This document shows positions 27,045 through 29,984 of a DNA stretch of 29,984 bases, one piece after another. The first letter of the stretch is position 1. Every line of letters starts with the position of its first letter. The stretch comes from a virus (Duplodnaviria > Caudoviricetes). The notes under the pieces were generated by a model. The model saw only the letters and a program-made list of their open reading frames with translations, was not told where the DNA came from and ran no database searches. The stretch is taken from the IMG/VR virus record IMGVR_UViG_3300032216_000330, positions 1-29,984 of that record; one strand, 5' to 3'. The position numbers and the translations under genes were made by a program.

Positions 27045-28633
27045 TACGCTGATATTTGATTTACAGTAAGAATAACCGATGGCGTAGCAGGATGAACAGC
27101 ATTAGCTGCTACTGCTTGTATTGAAATAGAACTGTTTGTAGAAGCCCACATAATTTCAATATAAGGATTAGGTAAAGAGACATCTACATAGTAAAAAAGA
27201 TTCCACGATGCTACTAAGACTCCTGCATTAGCTTGAAGATTTATTGATGTATTTGAATTAGGAATATCTGCTCCTCCTTTTCTAAACCATATATCTACTG
27301 TTGCAGAAGCACCACCTGATGTCCTTTTTAATTGAGCAGAAAACTGAATGTTATATATTCCACTTTTATAAAAAGTTATTCTTGTTAAATCTCCAACTGT
27401 ATTAGCATTAATGTTTATATTATAGGAATTATTAACTTGATTTATAATCATTGCCTGTCCAACATTAATTGCTGCAATGTTTTGAGATAAATCACTATAA
27501 GCAATTAAAAAAGGTAAGTACAATGAATCTCCAAGACTACTCCAAGAAGGAACAAATCCTATACCTGAACTTGTCAATATATCCCCTGCCGACCCTTGTC
27601 CATTAGATAATTGAAGACCTTGAGTATTTGAGAGGTCAACAACTCCATTATAGAATGATATATACCCAAGATTCCCATCAATTTGAATATATGTAGAAGA
27701 ACCCGGTGTTGAATCTCCTAAGATTGTTATATCTGTCCCAAGAGCATATACTCCATTTCTTGCAACACCATATCCTCCTGCTCCTCCAAAGAAGATATTA
27801 CCTGAGCCACCTAATACAGGAACAACATTGTTAGCGTTTACATTCGCTGCTGTTAATGAGTAGATACCTAAGTTTACTCCTGTCGTCGCTCCTGTGTATG
27901 GAACAAATCCTGCTAATGAAGTCCAAATAGGACTTGCACCTGCCCCTTGACTTGTTAATACTTCTCCTGTTGTTCCTTCTCCATTTCCAATATAAAATCC
28001 TCCATTAAATTCTATTTTATGTTGACTATCAAATATAGAGATATATGTTGAATTAAAATTACCATTGTAATCTCCTAACTTAAATGTATTTCCTGAAGTA
28101 TCAATAAGAAGTCCTACCGGAGAAGAAGAATCACTTCCAATAAAAATTAATGGACTTGCAGATTTATTATAAATATTGTTAACATAAATCTCAGGAGAAA
28201 ACATAAGCGTAAATGTGGCTACATCAGCATTAATATCATATACTCCTAAGTCAACATTTCCTGTTGCTCCTGAATATGGAACAAACTGAGATAAAGCATT
28301 ACTCCAAGTTGGAGTAGCTCCCGGTCCTTGACTAACTAATACATCTGACGTATTCCCTTCATTTCCATTAAGGCTAATAGCTCCATCTATAAACATACCT
28401 AAATTGGATGTTAGATAAGATGTAGTCAATGTAAATGCACCTAAGTCAACACTACTTGACGCTCCTGTGTATGGAACAAATCCACCGGGAGGAACAATAA
28501 TTGATGCTGCAAGGTTAATGATATCTCCAATCTCGAAGTTCTTCGTTTCGTTGGAGTTCTCATTGTCACTGCCTATTAATCTATCGCTCGTCGTAACTTG
28601 AGAGTCCGACGGGTATGAACTTATCTTGCCCAT
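27044..28633 (-). CDS. Tail fibre / receptor-binding protein (529 aa)
   Basis: Short N-terminal anchor, three FVPY(T/S)GA..V.LG motifs, three G..G....L.S.G.G..P.W motifs and a C-terminal jelly-roll-like head (GIYNIQFSAQL..VDIWFRK..LVASWN..YIEIMWA). Confidence 0.75.
   Translation of the reverse strand: MGKISSYPSDSQVTTSDRLIGSDNENSNETKNFEIGDIINLAASIIVPPGGFVPYTGASSSVDLGAFTLTTSYLTSNLGMFIDGAISLNGNEGNTSDVLVSQGPGATPTWSNALSQFVPYSGATGNVDLGVYDINADVATFTLMFSPEIYVNNIYNKSASPLIFIGSDSSSPVGLLIDTSGNTFKLGDYNGNFNSTYISIFDSQHKIEFNGGFYIGNGEGTTGEVLTSQGAGASPIWTSLAGFVPYTGATTGVNLGIYSLTAANVNANNVVPVLGGSGNIFFGGAGGYGVARNGVYALGTDITILGDSTPGSSTYIQIDGNLGYISFYNGVVDLSNTQGLQLSNGQGSAGDILTSSGIGFVPSWSSLGDSLYLPFLIAYSDLSQNIAAINVGQAMIINQVNNSYNININANTVGDLTRITFYKSGIYNIQFSAQLKRTSGGASATVDIWFRKGGADIPNSNTSINLQANAGVLVASWNLFYYVDVSLPNPYIEIMWASTNSSISIQAVAANAVHPATPSVILTVNQISA
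27887..28483. repeat. 24-nt perfect direct repeat in the fibre gene (27887-27910, 28460-28483) plus a degenerate copy at 28266-28285
   Basis: cgctcctgtgtatggaacaaatcc twice (GFVPYTGA), offset 573 nt = 191 codons. Confidence 0.9.
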
Positions 28634-28640
28634 TGTATTT

Positions 28641-28982
28641 TTAGTTTAGAGTTAGAAGATATAATGTCTTGTCAACTAAGCCAAGCATCTCATCCATAAT
28701 ATTCTGCAACTCCGATGGGTAGTTGTTTCTCTCTGAGTCAATCGTTGACTGCATCTCCTTTAAATGAGTGATAGCATCCATATTCTTTGCTTCAGGGATT
28801 ACAATCTCCACTCTCTTAAACCTACCAAAGTAAGCCTCAGTGAATGTATCGGTTAAATCAAGGATGCCATCATAGTATCCGTTTAATGCCTTATGCTCTG
28901 CAAACGATGTCGTCTGCAAATGTGCAATGTGCATTGTGTCTCTTGAATGGAACAAAGTCCCGATGAATTTTCCCGGTGTCAT
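28641..28982 (-). CDS. Ferritin/Dps-like four-helix bundle protein (DUF5856-like, 113 aa)
   Basis: HIAHLQT.SFAEHKAL..YY......D.F.EAY.G and LQNI.DEM....K..YLL motifs. Confidence 0.75.
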   Translation of the reverse strand: MTPGKFIGTLFHSRDTMHIAHLQTTSFAEHKALNGYYDGILDLTDTFTEAYFGRFKRVEIVIPEAKNMDAITHLKEMQSTIDSERNNYPSELQNIMDEMLGLVDKTLYLLTLN

Positions 28983-28986
28983 AGTA

Positions 28987-29214
28987 TTATTGTTTTTGAG
29001 TTACCTCGCCTGTTTGAATATTAATCACAGCATCAGCACCATACTTATTAATCAACATCTTCTCCTGCATAGCGAACGATGTCTTTAACTCGTTGATAGC
29101 GTTGATAATTGTCTGCTTTTGCAACTCGGTCTCTCCAAGTGCGATTTTCATTTTTGTGAACTCTGCGTTCATTTCTTGGATTTTCTCCAATTCGTTTTTT
29201 TCTAAGTAAGCCAT
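28987..29214 (-). CDS. Small coiled-coil protein (75 aa)
   Basis: Heptad-rich, ending KYG...INIQTGEV. A-rich leader. Confidence 0.75.
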   Translation of the reverse strand: MAYLEKNELEKIQEMNAEFTKMKIALGETELQKQTIINAINELKTSFAMQEKMLINKYGADAVINIQTGEVTQKQ

Positions 29215-29225
29215 TTTTTTTATAT

Positions 29226-29459
29226 TTAATTTGATTCTGATTTGAATAGTTGGTCGTTTGAATTAGTAAACAAGTTCTTGAGTAAATAACTCACAGCAGC
29301 TAACACGCCTGTCTTTACAGCCATTGTTAATTGTGCATCCGTTATGAAAGCTCCTGACTCAATCATACTACCAATTAACGATAGCATCACTGTTCCTGCT
29401 GCAACAGTAGCTCCTTTAACAAGGTCCGCTACATTGATATTTAGGTATGTTGATTTCAT
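29226..29459 (-). CDS. Putative holin (77 aa)
   Basis: Two hydrophobic segments (GATVAAGTVMLSLIGSMI; AVKTGVLAAVSYLL) and an ATGA overlap with the endolysin. Confidence 0.6.
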   Translation of the reverse strand: MKSTYLNINVADLVKGATVAAGTVMLSLIGSMIESGAFITDAQLTMAVKTGVLAAVSYLLKNLFTNSNDQLFKSESN

Positions 29460-29908
29460 ATATGTTGATATACTGTTTTACCGTTTACTTTATATCCTCT
29501 TAAACATTCTTTACGATTCTTTGTTGAGGAATATGATACGTGAACCCAAGCAGGATTTTCATCCGTTCCGAACTCCCATATTACTTGGTCGAAGATAAGA
29601 TTATTTTTTATATAATGAAACAGCTCTGCCGTCCTTTCTCCACAACTTATATCAGCAGCCTGACCAAAGCAGTGTTGGCTTGTCTTGCTGCCTCCAATCG
29701 TTTTATTTAATTCAGGACATCTATACCCACTACTAATCTTGATAGACTCATTCATATGGTCTCGTAGTGGCTGAAGTACTTTTTGACATAACAACAAAAG
29801 GTTCTTTACAACAATATCCGATGGAGTATTATCAATACCTAATCGGATAGCTGTTGTACTTTCGTACATCTCATATAAAGTAAAGTTTTTGGTTAGATTC
29901 AACGTCAT
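29456..29908 (-). CDS. Endolysin, peptidase M15 family (150 aa)
   Basis: LQPLRD...ISSGYRC..LN..IGGS.TSQH..G.AADI and WVHVS zinc-binding motifs. Confidence 0.9.
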   Translation of the reverse strand: MTLNLTKNFTLYEMYESTTAIRLGIDNTPSDIVVKNLLLLCQKVLQPLRDHMNESIKISSGYRCPELNKTIGGSKTSQHCFGQAADISCGERTAELFHYIKNNLIFDQVIWEFGTDENPAWVHVSYSSTKNRKECLRGYKVNGKTVYQHI

Positions 29909-29984
29909 TGACCTCTATTATTATTAACGTAATTCTTACTGCTCTTTAACGAACATGATTTAGTCTTGGCAAAAACACCATTAC
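29905..29984 (-). CDS. 3' end of a small basic protein (...NGVFAKTKSCSLKSSKNYVNNNRGQ*)
   Basis: Open frame from the window edge ending in a TGA that overlaps the endolysin ATG (ATGA). Confidence 0.6.
   Translation of the reverse strand, partial: NGVFAKTKSCSLKSSKNYVNNNRGQ

Noticed and set aside
10943-29598. Remaining plus-strand ORFs (10943, 15558, 20044, 20587, 23492, 24352, 24676, 25541, 29344)
   Set aside because: They are antisense to well-supported genes and have no motifs.
1-29984. Stop-codon reassignment, as in some crAss-like phages
   Set aside because: Genes are long and unbroken under the standard code, and TAA, TAG and TGA all end genes at sensible boundaries.
1-29984. CRISPR array, tRNA, intron/intein, integrase or DGR
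   Set aside because: Intergenic gaps are under about 85 nt. I saw no regularly spaced repeats, no reverse transcriptase, recombinase or homing nuclease ORF, and the mismatches in the 39-nt repeat are not confined to adenines on one strand.

Overview
The whole window is the minus-strand virion morphogenesis and lysis block of a lytic, short-tailed dsDNA phage that probably infects Bacteroidota. Host evidence: A-rich starts without Shine-Dalgarno sites and TAnnTTTG promoters. Gene order resembles crAss-related / Cellulophaga phi38:1-like podoviruses. In transcription order: M15 endolysin, holin-like protein, ferritin-like protein, tail fibre, tandem GroES-like protein, 2OG-Fe(II) oxygenase, putative TerS, TerL, portal, scaffold, major capsid, ring/adaptor proteins, nozzle, GNAT-fold assembly protein and ejection proteins. 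The block ends in a giant ORF (5864 to beyond base 1, >1950 aa) that is missing from the ORF track. This ORF is the most interesting part: a polyvalent ejection-type protein with GNAT and ADP-ribosyltransferase-like cassettes and two hidden second-frame messages. (1) A 46-aa basic protein (MPFKS...) is overprinted in the +1 frame; its 3' end is duplicated around the GNAT cassette, and the substitutions between the copies preserve the hidden frame rather than the main one. (2) An A10 slippery site has a -1 frame that adds a short aromatic/Gly-rich tail. The genome also appears to avoid CCAG/CTGG and GATC almost completely. All family assignments come from motif recognition by eye; no searches were run.
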